Positions 1 to 13,318 of a stretch of 64,000 nucleotides of DNA are shown one piece after another. Position 1 is the stretch's first letter, and each line of letters begins with the position of its first letter. The translations under genes were made by a program, and so were the position numbers. This stretch comes from Adineta vaga (Eukaryota > Animalia > Rotifera): the NCBI GenBank assembly GCA_021613535.1, contig CP075492.1, positions 7,192,001-7,256,000 of the forward strand. The letters run 5' to 3'. Under the pieces are notes generated by a model. The model was not told where the DNA came from and did not search any database. It saw only the letters and a list, made by a program, of their open reading frames with translations.

Positions 1-198
1 TACATATGCTTTCTTCATGTATGCCCACGCATATGCATTAGTTAACAGAACTATGAAGGAAAAGACATTAGCAAACTGCGATGTTTATCATATAGGTTTA
101 TTTGTTTTCTTCCGCTAATCATCATCGACATTCATTATGAATAATCATATTCTTAATCTTATTGACATACAATGTACATCGATATATCGTTCTTTTAG

Positions 199-3100
199 CT
201 TGCTGGTGTTCGTGAAACTCAATCATCAAAACTAATTGACATTGATCAATTAAAAGTAACAGTGATCTTTTCTAAGTTTTGTTTCTGGATATTTTATCTT
301 CACAATTTAGATCATGTCAAATGGAACAATCGATCCTGACTCCTTATCAGGAAAGTTAATTGAAATGCAAGAATTAATGGATAATCAATGTAATGAATTA
401 ATCTCAGCACGTGCACGTATTCATGAATTAACAAATCGAAATAAAGAATTGGAAGAACGTGCACTATTACTTCAACGAGACCTATCTCATACACAAGATC
501 ATATAACGAAATATCAACGTGATTTCAAAGAATCTCAAGCACATAGAGAAGATCAAGAAGAACGTATATCAACATTAGAAAAACGTTATTTAACTCTTCA
601 AAAAGAAACAGCACATTTAACTGAATTTAATAATCGATTAGAAAGTGAATTATCTTCTAAAGAAGCTCAACTGCAACATGTAAATCATTTGCTCATATTA
701 AAATTCAAGAAAATGCTTATTTCATCTTCTAAATTTTAGACCGAAGAAAAATATCAAAATCTTCTCGATAAATATGATTTATTAGAACAACGATTACAAA
801 ATCAAAATGAATTGGATTCATCAATGAAATTAAATGGTAGTTCATCCTATTCCAATAATGATGAAAAACTACATCAACTACAAAATGAATATGATGATCT
901 GAAAATTGAATTAACACGAGTAAGAATCTTTTGTTAGAAACAGTTCTTTGCGATCTATTTTCTCTCGCACTGAGAATTAACAATATCCTGTATGTTTATT
1001 TTCCGTTCGATTAAGTAGATAAATATCCGTTTATTTTTGTTTATGTGGTTTTCATAAGTTTTGCTAAAAATACTTTCATTTGTTTTTAGGCTCGTCAACG
1101 AGAAAAAGTCACCGATGAACATAATGCTCGTTTATCTGCAACTGTCGATAAATTACTCACAGAATCGAATGAACGTTTACAAAATCATTTGAAAGAACGT
1201 ATGCAGTTTTTAGAAGAAAAAAATAATGTTGTACAAGAGAGTGAAAAACTCAGTAAACAATTGGAAGATACACAATATGAACGAGTAAATGAATAAGATT
1301 CAGTATTTGAACTCTTTTATTTTCTGAATTTTATAATGTTACTTTAGAAAAAATTGTTGGATGATATTGATAAACTGAAAATTGAACTAGATAGTGTTCG
1401 AAAAGAATTACAAAATTTAAAACAACAGAAGAGGTAAAAGTAGATTTTCTTCGCTGAAACAAAACAAAATCATGTTTTTTAGTGAAATAATAATTAATCC
1501 TGTACAAATGAATGTTAACAACGTTGCAAAATCAAGTCCCATCTCACCAGATTCATTAAATAGACGAAGAGTTCTCACAGTATCAACAATAAATGATCAT
1601 CTATTCAAAGTATGTTTCTTGACGAATATACACTGACTTAAAATCTCGAATTTTATCTTTTAATTAGGCATCCGAAGCTGACTGGGATACAATTGATCAA
1701 GCTCAAGTAATAAATGATGTTCGTCTCGCATTCGAATCGTCTGATGTTGAATTGACAACTGATGATGAAGATTCTCTCTATCAACATCATCATCCGGTGA
1801 CAATAAACAATGGTTCGACACATCAACATTCAGCTGATGCTCAAACATTGGCATTAGCTCTACAAGAACAACTTGATGCGATTAATAATGAAATTCGATT
1901 GATTCAAGCAGAAAAAGTTAATGCTGAATTACGTGCTGAAGAACTTGAATCACGTGTTGTAGGAAATTCAGTTTATCGTTTGAATGGCAATGATGATGAT
2001 GATGATGAAGAAAATAATGATGATGATAATAATGGTTTAGCTTTTCAACATCATTCACTATCAAACGAAAATAATCATCATTTTCATCCACATATGCCAC
2101 AGCGTTATTTACGTAATACATCACCAATAACCTCACTAAACACAAATCCTAACTTCCCAGGACGAGTTCCTACCCGTACATCATCCGTATCACCATCTGG
2201 ACATAGTTATAAATACAATACTGTATGTAGATCATTCTCATATCTATCTTCACCTAAAGTTTTATTTTTTAGGCTCCTTCCAGTATGTCTCCTTCGCATA
2301 TGTATCCATTAGAATCCAATGTAAGTTTCATTATTGATCTTAATTCTCAATATTTTTTTTTAATACTTGTAATCAAATAGGGATATGATCAAACTGTACG
2401 TCATCAATCTCCCCGTTCATTTCGTAATGATTTTAGTACATCGTCACGATATTTAAAATGTGATTCGAGTCCACCTGTCACTCCTACTCGTGCAGGAAGT
2501 CATATTCGAACAGCTACACCCCATCATATCTATCAATCCTCTGCAAGTATTCATAATCAATATCGAATTAATACTACACCTTCCAGAACCAATACTCCAC
2601 ATCTTGACGACAATATTCGGCATCCTTTGTAAGAATTGAATTTAAATCTATGTAATTTTAAATGAAATTGTTTAGTTCTAATCCATCTTCTCATTATCTC
2701 ACATCTCTGTCACATCAGGATTCTCCTAGTCCGATAAGTTCTCAAAATTCAACCTCAGGTGATGATATTTATAATCGTACTCAACAATATCAAAAGAAGA
2801 AAGGTCTTCGAAATTCACTTGGTCGTTTATTCACACGAAAACCAGACTTTGCTGATAATAAAGCCACTTATGATACTATTCAACCACATACATATGTCAA
2901 TCATGGTATATGAAACCTTTCTTTAATTTTCATAAACTAATCTCTATTTTTGTCATAGCATCTCCTGTACCAACAGAAAACAATGAAATTCCAGAAATAA
3001 TAACTAATTCCGTACTTAGTTTAGGTTCTACTGAATTTGATCGTCGATTAAAAAAGAAGTACGTATGATGCTCCTCATAAGTTTGATACCAAACGAATTT

Positions 3101-4544
3101 TCTTTTAGACAAGAATTACTCGAAGAAGCAATACGAAATAAACGATCATTTGCATCATGGGATGGTGCCACAGTTGTTGCTTGGCTCGAAGTATGTTATT
3201 TCAATCTTCTTGATTCATCACTTCTTTCTTTTCTATTATTCATTTTCAGTTATGGGTGAAAATGCCCGCATGGTATGTTGCTGCATGTCGAGCAAATGTT
3301 AAATCAGGTGCTATTATGTCGGAATTGAACGAAGAAGAAATTCAACGACAAATTGGTATTAGTAATCCATTACATCGATTGAAACTACGTTTAGCTATTC
3401 AAGAAGTATTAAATTTAACATTACCCAATGGTCCACGAACAGCGATAACTGTAAGTCATTAAGGAAAGAATTAGTTTTCTTAGCTTTACACTGTTTTTTT
3501 CTCTTAAGTCATTAACTTTCGGTGAAATGGATCATGAATGGATTGGTAATGAATGGTTACAAAGTTTAGGTTTACCACAATATCGTTCCTATTTTATGGA
3601 ATGTCTTGTGGATGCGCGAATGCTTGAACATCTGAATAAAAAAGATCTTAGTAAACACCTAAGAATGGTCGATAATTTCCATCGGTAAATCAATTGAAAG
3701 ACAATCATTGCTTTTTCAACTCTTTTTTTCTCTTTTTGTTTTTTAGAACAAGTTTTCATTATGGTATTATGGTATTAAAACGTATTAATTATGATAAGAA
3801 AGAACTCGAACGAAGACGTGAACAAGCATCAAATGAAAATCCAGATGTGATTTTATGGACAAATGATCGAATTATTCAATGGTTATCGTCAATTAATGGA
3901 TTGAAAGATTACGCAAATAATTTAACTGAAACTGGTGTACATGGAGGATTGATTGCACTCGATGAAACATTTGATGCAAATGCTTTAGCATTAGCTTTAC
4001 AAATTCCAAGCCAACAAACAATCGTAAGTTGAAGAATTGAAATCGATCTCGTCTTTTCTGCTGAACTAATATCACTATGATAAATCTTTTCATCTATTTT
4101 TAGACTCGTCAGATTCTTGAACGGGAATTTCGTATACTAATTGCTAATGGTACTGATCGTAAAATGGATGAAGTAAGTGTTAAAATTATTCACTTTGATA
4201 TAAACATCAGAGCAATGATTATTTGCAAAAAACGAATTCAATTTTTCAATCTTTTCAGCTTGACAGACAGTTATAACTACGAGGGTAAATTACTTAACAC
4301 TATTTTGATCATGATGCTTATCTGTTCACCCAAACATTGCCTTTTCCTTGCTTTCGATTGAATATAAAATCGAATTGTCAATTAATTGAATGTTTATTCC
4401 TACTTTTAGAACGATCGAGCAAAATTGAAACGCCATCCATCATTATTTTCACGAAAATTGAAACTAAAAACAATCAATGGAGATGTAACACATCAGAATG
4501 GTAATGATGTGGTATCGAATATGATACAAAATGATGAATCGTGA
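199..4544 (+). CDS. PPFIA: Liprin-alpha (PTPRF-interacting protein), multi-exon; 5' end lies outside the window
   Basis: Coiled coil ([15 protein letters not shown]; [31 protein letters not shown]; [27 protein letters not shown]) followed by three SAM domains ([35 protein letters not shown]; [36 protein letters not shown]; [25 protein letters not shown]). GT-AG introns; stop TGA at 4542-4544. Confidence 0.95.
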
Positions 4545-5190
4545 AAAAAAATGATTGATAAATTGGAAAAAGAATAGACTTCTTCAGATACATGGAAAAA
4601 CTTTTTTGTATTTCTCTTAACAACGAAAAATCTCTCGAGTTGATTTTGTCTGTGTATGTGTGTGCAATTCTTTTTTGTTTTGTTTTGTTTTTTTTTTGCA
4701 TTTGCACGATTGTTGTCATATAAATATCTATTTTTTGGTTTTCTTGTTAATGATCAATACAAATGTTTGCTTTTTTTGTTTGTTCGTGTGAGTGTGAGTG
4801 GATTTGAACTACATTCTTCTCTTTCGTCGTTTTCCTTTTCTCGGATGTTTATGCAATAAATTACGAATTCATTATTGGTTTTTTGAATTGCAAAACCAAT
4901 AGATACAAATTTATAAAAGCTTTGTTGGCGTCAGTAACTTGCATAGATTTAACGAATTGAAACAAATTGTTTTTTTTACTGATTGTTAAACTAACAATCT
5001 TTTTCGATAAGGAATGGCATTAGTAGTAAAGCATTATTCGAAATAAAGACAATGTTTAAATGAAAACAGTTGTTATAAAAACATATAGTATTCTTTTGAT
5101 ATTACTCATCCGTAGCGTTTATTTGTTACGTTTTGCATATTACTTCAAAGATAAAATACAGTGATATTCATTTTAAATAATAGAAAAGAG

Positions 5191-5800
5191 TTATTTTGCA
5201 GATATGAGCTCAATATCGATGATGATTCATATGACATTTGGATGCTGGACTGGCAACAAATGACGATAGATTGTGGCCACTCTTCCATAGTTAATCCAGG
5301 CTTGTTGCTATTCATCCTTCCCTTCGTGTATCCCACCAATGTTTTCATAACTCTGAGTAATATCTGGATGTTGTGGAGGAAGTGAGATTTTAGTCGAATA
5401 TTTAGTGCACGATTGTAATATTCCATGGTAAGGAGATACTCTCCAAGATCATTCTATACAGTTTCAATATTATTGTGTGATATATCTGTATTTGAGTGAT
5501 CCTCATCATATGCTTCCTGAAAAAGCGCAATTATCTTCATGTAATATCTCAACGCTATATCATCATCAGTTTTGCGTCGATGAACCACACCAATCCAGTT
5601 GTACAAGTTATCTATGGCAACATAATAGGATGGATCTGTTCTAATCTTGATTTCCAATGATTTATTGAACCATTGAAGACTGAAATTGTACTCACCTCTA
5701 TCAATGGTAAGAATATCAAGTGACCAGTACAAATAATAGCGAAGATTAACCTCTCTACCAAACGCCTCCATAGTCTTTCTTCATATGATCAAGAAGGGTT
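5191..5800 (-). pseudogene. Decayed tetratricopeptide-repeat (TPR) gene, 3' fragment
   Basis: TPR units spread over shifting frames (GEYNFSLQWFNKSLEIK; LYNWIGVVHRRK; YYNRALNIRLKS / LPPQHPDITQSYENIGGIH) with in-frame stops (KDE*QQAW; HPNVI*I). Confidence 0.8.
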
Positions 5801-6169
5801 TTCAAATCATGTTCATTATTTCCGCAAAGTGTAATGAATGATTTTTTTATCTTCTTCAATTGATTTCACTCGAAGAAGAAGAAGAACGTCAATCGATTTG
5901 AATTATTACCAGCAGTAAATATATTAATTAAAAGTGGTTCTTCAGTTTTTACTTGACTATTCTGATCCGCTTTTATGCGATTAATGAGATTTTTTTGTTA
6001 GATGTTGTCATCTTCAATTTGCCGTTCACTTCGAACATATCTGTTTAATTCAAGTGTATCGAATATTTCAATTTTTATTTCATTTTTACTCCCCTTGTAT
6101 ACAAAATGAATATGTTTAAAACTAGAATGCAATCTTTTATTATAACTATATAGGATAAAGAATCATTGC

Positions 6170-8125
6170 TCATACAAGTGTGATATCTGGTAAGTTACGT
6201 GATCTATTCATATTGTGTACATATTGTCTTGGTATATCATATACAGATGATATGGATGGATGTTCAGGAAATTCATGTATATGATACTGTTCTAGTAAAC
6301 CATTTCCCGAAATAATAGTTGATTCAAATGGTAGATGATTTTCCGACACATCTGAACTTCCTGAATATCCTTCATCATCGCGTCCTGGACTTAATGATGA
6401 TACGGGTGGTGATGATTTCTGTATAATATAAATTGGTATAGTTGTAGATGAGGGTGATAGTTCATAATCATCATGTACTCTTAATTTTGATACACTGGCA
6501 AATGAATCATATTCTAAGTAGATTGAATTGATGAATAAAAAGAAAAAGAGAGAAGGAAAGTGCACTTACTATTGTAACGACTCTTCTCATCTTCGTTAGT
6601 GCCATAGGAGGATAATGATGATGCTTTCTAAAAGAAAAAGAAAAAGTTACCATTATATTACATTAAAAGAAAGAAATAAGAAACTCAAAACTATTTAGAA
6701 AATTTGCAATGATTTTTTTTTAAAAATTAATCTAACCTTTGTCGGAGAACATAATCGATTAATTCTGAAATGTTTTCGTTTGATAATAATAATTCCTAGA
6801 ATGATAACTCCAACAACCACTAAAGCACTTAATATAATCGGTATAAGAGTAATCCATTGTGATTGAATTAACATTGATATATGTTCATCATCATCATCAT
6901 CATCATTTTTTTCTTCTTCTGTAAGTTCAAGTAAAAATGTATCTTGAAAATTCAATTGCTGATTCAATACTACATTGAATAGATATTGACCTCGAGGTGG
7001 TTTGATTAAAGATGTAATTGTACAATTAGATAACAATTGAAAATAATTCTCCATAGCTAATTGTATTCGACAAAATGTTGAATTAAAAATATGAACAGAT
7101 GAAAAAGAATTTCGATTGATTTTCAAATTTTTATGGATTAGAAATGGAATATTTCCATATTGATCCAATACTCGAACATATATTTTCACTTTAAATTGAT
7201 TATTAACAAACAACCGAATTACATAGATACTTTGTTCAATTCGATTCAATTTCTTTATAACAAATAAATCTCCTGTTTGTGAATCGATTGAAAATTTATC
7301 AATAGAATCAATTGAATAACTCACTTTACCACAAAATTCATTAGTTATTTTACGCATTAGCAACGTTTTGTCTTCTAGATTTTCTTTAATATCAATAATA
7401 TAATTCTTTTGTTGAAATGATAAATTACATATATATTCAGTTGATTTCATTCGAAATTCATATGATTGATTTGTACATAATAATGGTTGATCATTATCGC
7501 ATGCAGTTAATAATAAATAATAATAATCATAATGAATTAATTGTGAATTATTTCGTGTTGATAGAATAAATGTGATATCATTTTTAAATTGTCGTATTAA
7601 TTGAATTTGAAAATGTTCTGTATCATTTAAAGCTAAACTTATTTGATTTAATGATTGATCAGAATCTTTGATATTAATTGTTGCAAATGGTGTTGAAGAA
7701 AGATTTAAATCATATTTAATTATATTTACATCATAGAGAATAGAAGGATAAACGATCAAATTGATTTCAGGTGGATTATCATTGATATTAATGATATTTA
7801 TAATAAGTTCACTGAAAGAAGATGTAATAATCGATGATGAACGTACTTCAATTGTTAATTTATAGATTGGCATTATTTCATAATCGACAGGATTTAATAG
7901 AATCAATTCACCTGTTAATGAATTGAGATAGAACGTTTTATTTGTATCTCCATGAAGTTCATATTGAATTGACAATGATGGAGATGCAATAGCTTTAATT
8001 AAACCAATCTTAGTATAGATAGGTGTGGATTCCGAAACATAAATTTCATAAGATTTTTTTTCAAAATAGAGTAATGTTGTTGCATTAATTAATGAAATGA
8101 TGAATAGGATATGTAGAAGAATCAT
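6170..8125 (-). CDS. Protocadherin-like single-pass membrane protein (about 3 exons; ectodomain and TM in one large exon)
   Basis: Signal peptide, cadherin motifs (VSESTPI; VDYE; NINDNPP; LTACDNDQP; FSIDSQTGDL; VLDQYGNIP), TM helix WITLIPIILSALVVVGVIILGIIII-KRK, Ser-rich tail in ORF 6170-6565. Confidence 0.85.
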
Positions 8126-9937
8126 CTAGGATGAAATCAATGTAATATTTAGATCGACATTGTCTATGTGTTAGTGATATTTAATAACAATCGACAACTG
8201 TGTCGTGTTGATCAACAGAGATCTTACCTTGATCTGTGTGTTAATCGCATGTTGTGATCTGACACAATGCATGTGTATTTGTTCATTAGAAGGAAACAAA
8301 AAAAAAGAAGAAGAAGCGAGGTCGTTCGTCTATGATGAGAATGAAGGAAAAAACCTGAAGGATGTAATGTTACAGATGATGATAAGCGAAGAAACACCTG
8401 TATGTTTTAGAAGAAGAAAAAAAATGCTGTCGATTGTTTTGATCTAATTCATTGAACTAATTATACTAGCCGATGGCATTTAACTTTATTTTTCTTCGGT
8501 AATTGACGTGAATAATAAGGTTATACAGCTCAATCTTGTTACTAGAAAAAATGATGGACAGTGCACCACTGTTTGTTTTTGTTTCTATTCGATTTGGAGA
8601 AAAAAAAATTGAAAGGAAATTATTTGTTTCAACTAGGTTAAATGATCATATCCGGTTAGTTCAATGTCATGTCTACAATCTTTACTTACCATTCATTAGA
8701 GATAATATTTCTGCATGCAATAGGTCTCTATGACTGTGGCACTGTTCTAAACGTGATTCTAGGCGTGTAATTCGTTTTCAATAATGACACGAATAGGATT
8801 ATGAATCACTTTATGTCTATACTAAACACGATTGTATTAAACTCTTTCTTTTCTTTATTATGAGTGCTCTTATTAGTATAATTGTGCTAGAGAAAAGAAC
8901 GAGACATAAATGAATTTGTTGAATTGTACATTAAAGGCTCAAGAGAAAAAGACACTTGTAATCTCCTACTGATGATAATGATGAATGAGCCTTGTATATG
9001 TCTCATCGATTGATAGACATTCTTCAGGATCATTTGTAAACATTGAATGAAAGATACTATCATTTCTAGATTCACTCAATTCTATTCATATGTTTTAATA
9101 AAATAAATGAAGAATATTGCCTTTAAACACGTCTTGTTTGAGTCCATTGAATGTTGTTATACATATATCAAATTTCATTTGAACAGAAAAAGAACTAAAA
9201 AAAAGGTAATTACTCTTCACTTTTTGCCTGTACGATATAAACACAAACGTTTGTTCTTTCTCTTGAAATAAATTAAGTGGACAAGCACGAATGACTGTTC
9301 TTGTGTCAATTGATTGTTAAATGATCGATAGAATCAAAAAAGAAAGTCATTGTTCGTTCTTTTTTTTGGCGAGTGTAGTTTTTGATGAAATTAAATGAAT
9401 GATACAAGTTTTCTCATCGATCGAAGTGAGAAAAATATTTAAATGAATATTAATGACATGTTCATATCTCATGGAAGTTATCTTTCATTGGTGAATGAAA
9501 CAAAATCGATGATAAATGTGCTGATTATCTATGACATGTCTATTGACTAGGAAAATAAATGATTAGAACGAGTTTGGAATTATACAACTATAGTACAATG
9601 CAGCAGACAAAAGAGAATCTGAATGAATGATGTTTCGATTGATCGAACTTTCACTTTGTAGAAGAAAAAAAAACTCGGTAGTGATACTTGATTGGATCTC
9701 ATAAATTACACACAATAGCATTGCACAGTATTGATAATGATACGATCATCGACAAGCAATACATTTCTTTTTCATATAAAGTTGATGATCATATTGCATC
9801 ATTGATGTTTAAATTTCCAACTAATGTGAAATTCAATCCTTAGTTGATGTTGAATTAAGATAAAACTCATGGCATCATCGTTTGTACTTGAGATTAATCG
9901 AAATCAAAAGGATAGAAAGAAGAAGGAGAAACAATCG

Positions 9938-10728
9938 ATGGAAATGAATGAATTTCATGTGGAAGATTATCAAGTCAGTCCAGATTATTGGAATATTTCA
10001 CAACAGATCAATTATTCACCAAATCAAACTCAATTTATTGAATTATCGAATGTACACAATGATATATCACTAACAAATGAAATTCATACGAATACTTACC
10101 ATCTTTCAACTCCACAAACAATAATCTATAATTTACAATTACCAGAAAATTCTTCAAAGTACGAGAAATGATCTTCTTTTGTTTTTCCAGAGGAAATAAA
10201 CATTAAATGACGTTTTTAGATTCCGTTCGATACCCAACATCAATTCACCGCAATACCAATGGTACGTTTTTACTTTCAAATTTTTCTCACGTTTTTATTG
10301 TTCGATCAATTTTAGTCTTGTCTGTAATGATTTTTCCACTTCACATCACTACGGTGTACGAACATGTGAAGGATGTAAAGGATTTTTCAAAGTAATAATT
10401 CTATAGATTTTTTCTAAAACTTATTGTTTCAAATCTTTTAGCGAACAGTACAAAAAAATGCGAAATATGTGTGTCTATCCGATAAGAAATGTCTTGTAGA
10501 TAAACGTCGTCGTAATCGATGTCAAGTATGTTGATAGTTTCGTCCAGTGAAGTATTTATGATTGAAAACTTTTGTTTTTTTTGTCTGTATTTTTAGTGGT
10601 GTCGGTTTCAGAAATGTTTAGCTGTTGGAATGATGAAAGAAGTTGTTCGTACGAATGAATTAAAAGGACGTCGAGGTCGTCTACCATCCAAATTTCTTCA
10701 AAATCAAATAACTGAACAATCTGAATGA
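9938..10728 (+). CDS. NR4A: NR4A-family nuclear receptor (Nurr1/HR38-like), DNA-binding domain only; 5 exons
   Basis: Spliced translation [86 protein letters not shown], including the NR4A A-box RRGRLPSK; stop TGA at 10726-10728. An alternative in-frame ATG lies at 9869. Confidence 0.9.
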
Positions 10729-11683
10729 TAATAAATTTTTGCAGTTGTAATCTGTATGTCAAAGAAAACAAAAGAATATCTATTTTAATCTTTAATTCAA
10801 GAAAAGAAAAGTCTATATTCACATATGTTGTACCACAGTTATAGAAGTTAAGAGCAGCTTAGAGAGGACAACTTATCTAAAAATAAAATGATTAACGTCA
10901 CTAGCTTTTTTTACAAATAGAATCTTTCAAAGGCAGCGAAACATAAAATTGAACCAAAGAATTTCTTATTGCGTTTTATTACTCACTAACTTATAATTAA
11001 ATACGACGACATTGCCTACGCTTGATCCTACTATTTCATTCTAGACGAAGATGTTAATGACGTCTTTTGAACATCATCATATATTTTAAATATTTATAAT
11101 TCTAAATCAGTTAATACTCGTTACTGAACATGTGTATGACAAAACCTACGCATCTATTCATGACAAAACAAAAACTTTGATTCTAATTATTGTTGTTACT
11201 AAGAACTGTTGTGTTTCATTATGTTCATATCACTATCTTACAGATAAATAGACAGTTCTCGTTTTTTGTGATGAGAATATTATCTTAAACGCGATCGGCA
11301 TTATTATCGAGGGATATGAGTGGCTCGTATTACATTCATCGATATCTTGAAGGTAGAAGAGAAAAGAATATGAAGATCAGCAGAAGACTTTCAATTTCTA
11401 CATTAGGCTTTTTCCCTCAATCGGATATGAATGACAAATCAGCCATGTTCACCATCCACATTCAATCCAATGACGTTTGAGTAAAAATTTCAAACCACTA
11501 TTCCGTCTACAGTCAGGTTATTACAACATTACATCATCATTTTTTTTTCAATTCTGTTTTTTTTTGTCGCTGTCTGTATATAAATAACAGCAGCTATTCA
11601 ATGATTGAAATTACAATAGGGTAAAATAAGCATATAAATACTCGCAATAAGGTAAGCAACTTTCTTTTCTCTATATTTCCCTT

Positions 11684-11712
11684 TTCTTCTTCTTCTTCTT
11701 CTTCTTCTTCTT
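11684..11712. repeat. (CTT)n microsatellite, about 10 units
   Basis: Direct reading of the sequence. Confidence 0.9.
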
Positions 11713-13318
11713 CCATGTTGCGTCTCAATTATATAAAAAAGAAATGATTGGAATAACAAAAACAAGGACTTTAACCCCCTCAAGTAAGACTAAATAACAG
11801 ATACAAAACATAGACGCGTGGTGTTTGGCAGATCGCCACTTTGTTTTCTTTTTCTGTGCACTGAAAGAAAGAGAAGAAAAATATATAAAGACATTCGAGA
11901 TTCTTTTTCTTTTTTCCACCTTCCAATAACTATTTTTTTGTTTGTCAGTCTCGTCGTTCTGTATTCACTTTTTTCTCTTCGACTTTCTTCCCTTTTTTTG
12001 TGTTGTTATTATTGCTCTTGCTCATCTCCTTAGAATCTTGTTTTTTTCCTTCTGCTTCGTCTATTCTAACTATTAACTAAGAAGAAACTTTGATTTTGAT
12101 TCGTCAAATCTCTTCATAGTTATATTCCAAGCAAATGAAAAGAGGAAAAAACAACCATATTTATACTTGTTTTAAAGATGTGTCTAAAGTTTTAAAAAAA
12201 CAGACTCAATAATACTGTGATGAAAACAAACATTATATATTAATAGACTGTATATGAAATTGGAACGAAATTGACTGTACAAGTCAAAATCAAAAAAAAA
12301 TACGAGAGGAAAACTGATGTAATAGGATCTACTATCATTATATATGGCACGTTTCTTCGATTATCGATTCATGATCATTCACTTCTATCTGCATATACAT
12401 TTATCAAATATCCATTAACAAAAACTAGCTTCAGATTAAATTTTTCAAATCAAAATTCTTTTGATAAATAAATCATGCAGTCATTTTGATATAGGTCATC
12501 AGATTTTTTTCTCTCCTAAAGTGTGGCAATGACCGCTATGCTTGTTCTGTCTTAATCGTACCTCTTTTAACAACACGTTCTCTTTCTTCTCATCGATTAA
12601 TACAAATACAGAGTTACTCAATAAGTATATTAATGCAAGAAAATAATTTGTTATACTGCTAAAACAATAAAAAAAATATAAATTTTCTTTCTTTTTTTGT
12701 GAGTTATTCAATCGTTGAAATTTCATTGAATAGACAAGAACAAGTAGATATTATCTATTTCCTATGAATATTATTCGATATGTAATGTTGTAGAAAAAAA
12801 AGAAAAGAATTTTTTTGCATATTCTTTTCTCTTTCCTTCTCGTTCTTTTTCGTTCTCTTCCCATATTGTCAGACGAAGCAAGTGAGGCTTTTGATAGTTT
12901 TGATCGGTTACATTTTCTCTTTCGCTTTTCTTTGCTTCCCCCCCAAGAAAGAAAGAGCCAAGTGACAGTGACATATCGACGCTTGGAGAGAGAAAAAAAT
13001 GAGAAGTACCTATCTAAGAAAGAAAAGAGGAAACATCTACTACTCGCACCATCAGATAGACGTTTGCCTGGTGCAAATGATTCTTTCTCTTTTCTTTTCT
13101 TTCTTTCTGTCTCGTATTTTTTTTTCTTCTGTTCGTTCGTTTATGCTACTGTTGTACGACGTTTTGACGTATGTCTTTTTTTTCTTCTTCTTCTTCCTCT
13201 CGTCTGTTGTGTAGGGTGCTGTCTCTTTCTCTCAGTTGTGCTTACAAACGCGATTATTACTCTTTTAGATGATTTAGTCGATTATTTTCATAAAAAAAAC
13301 TAAACAACTTGCTCATCA

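Noticed and set aside
11598-13303. Phe/Leu- or Lys/Arg-rich ORFs, including the 162 aa ORF at 12815-13303
   Set aside because: Translations of poly-pyrimidine/poly-purine promoter and UTR DNA; no domain signal.
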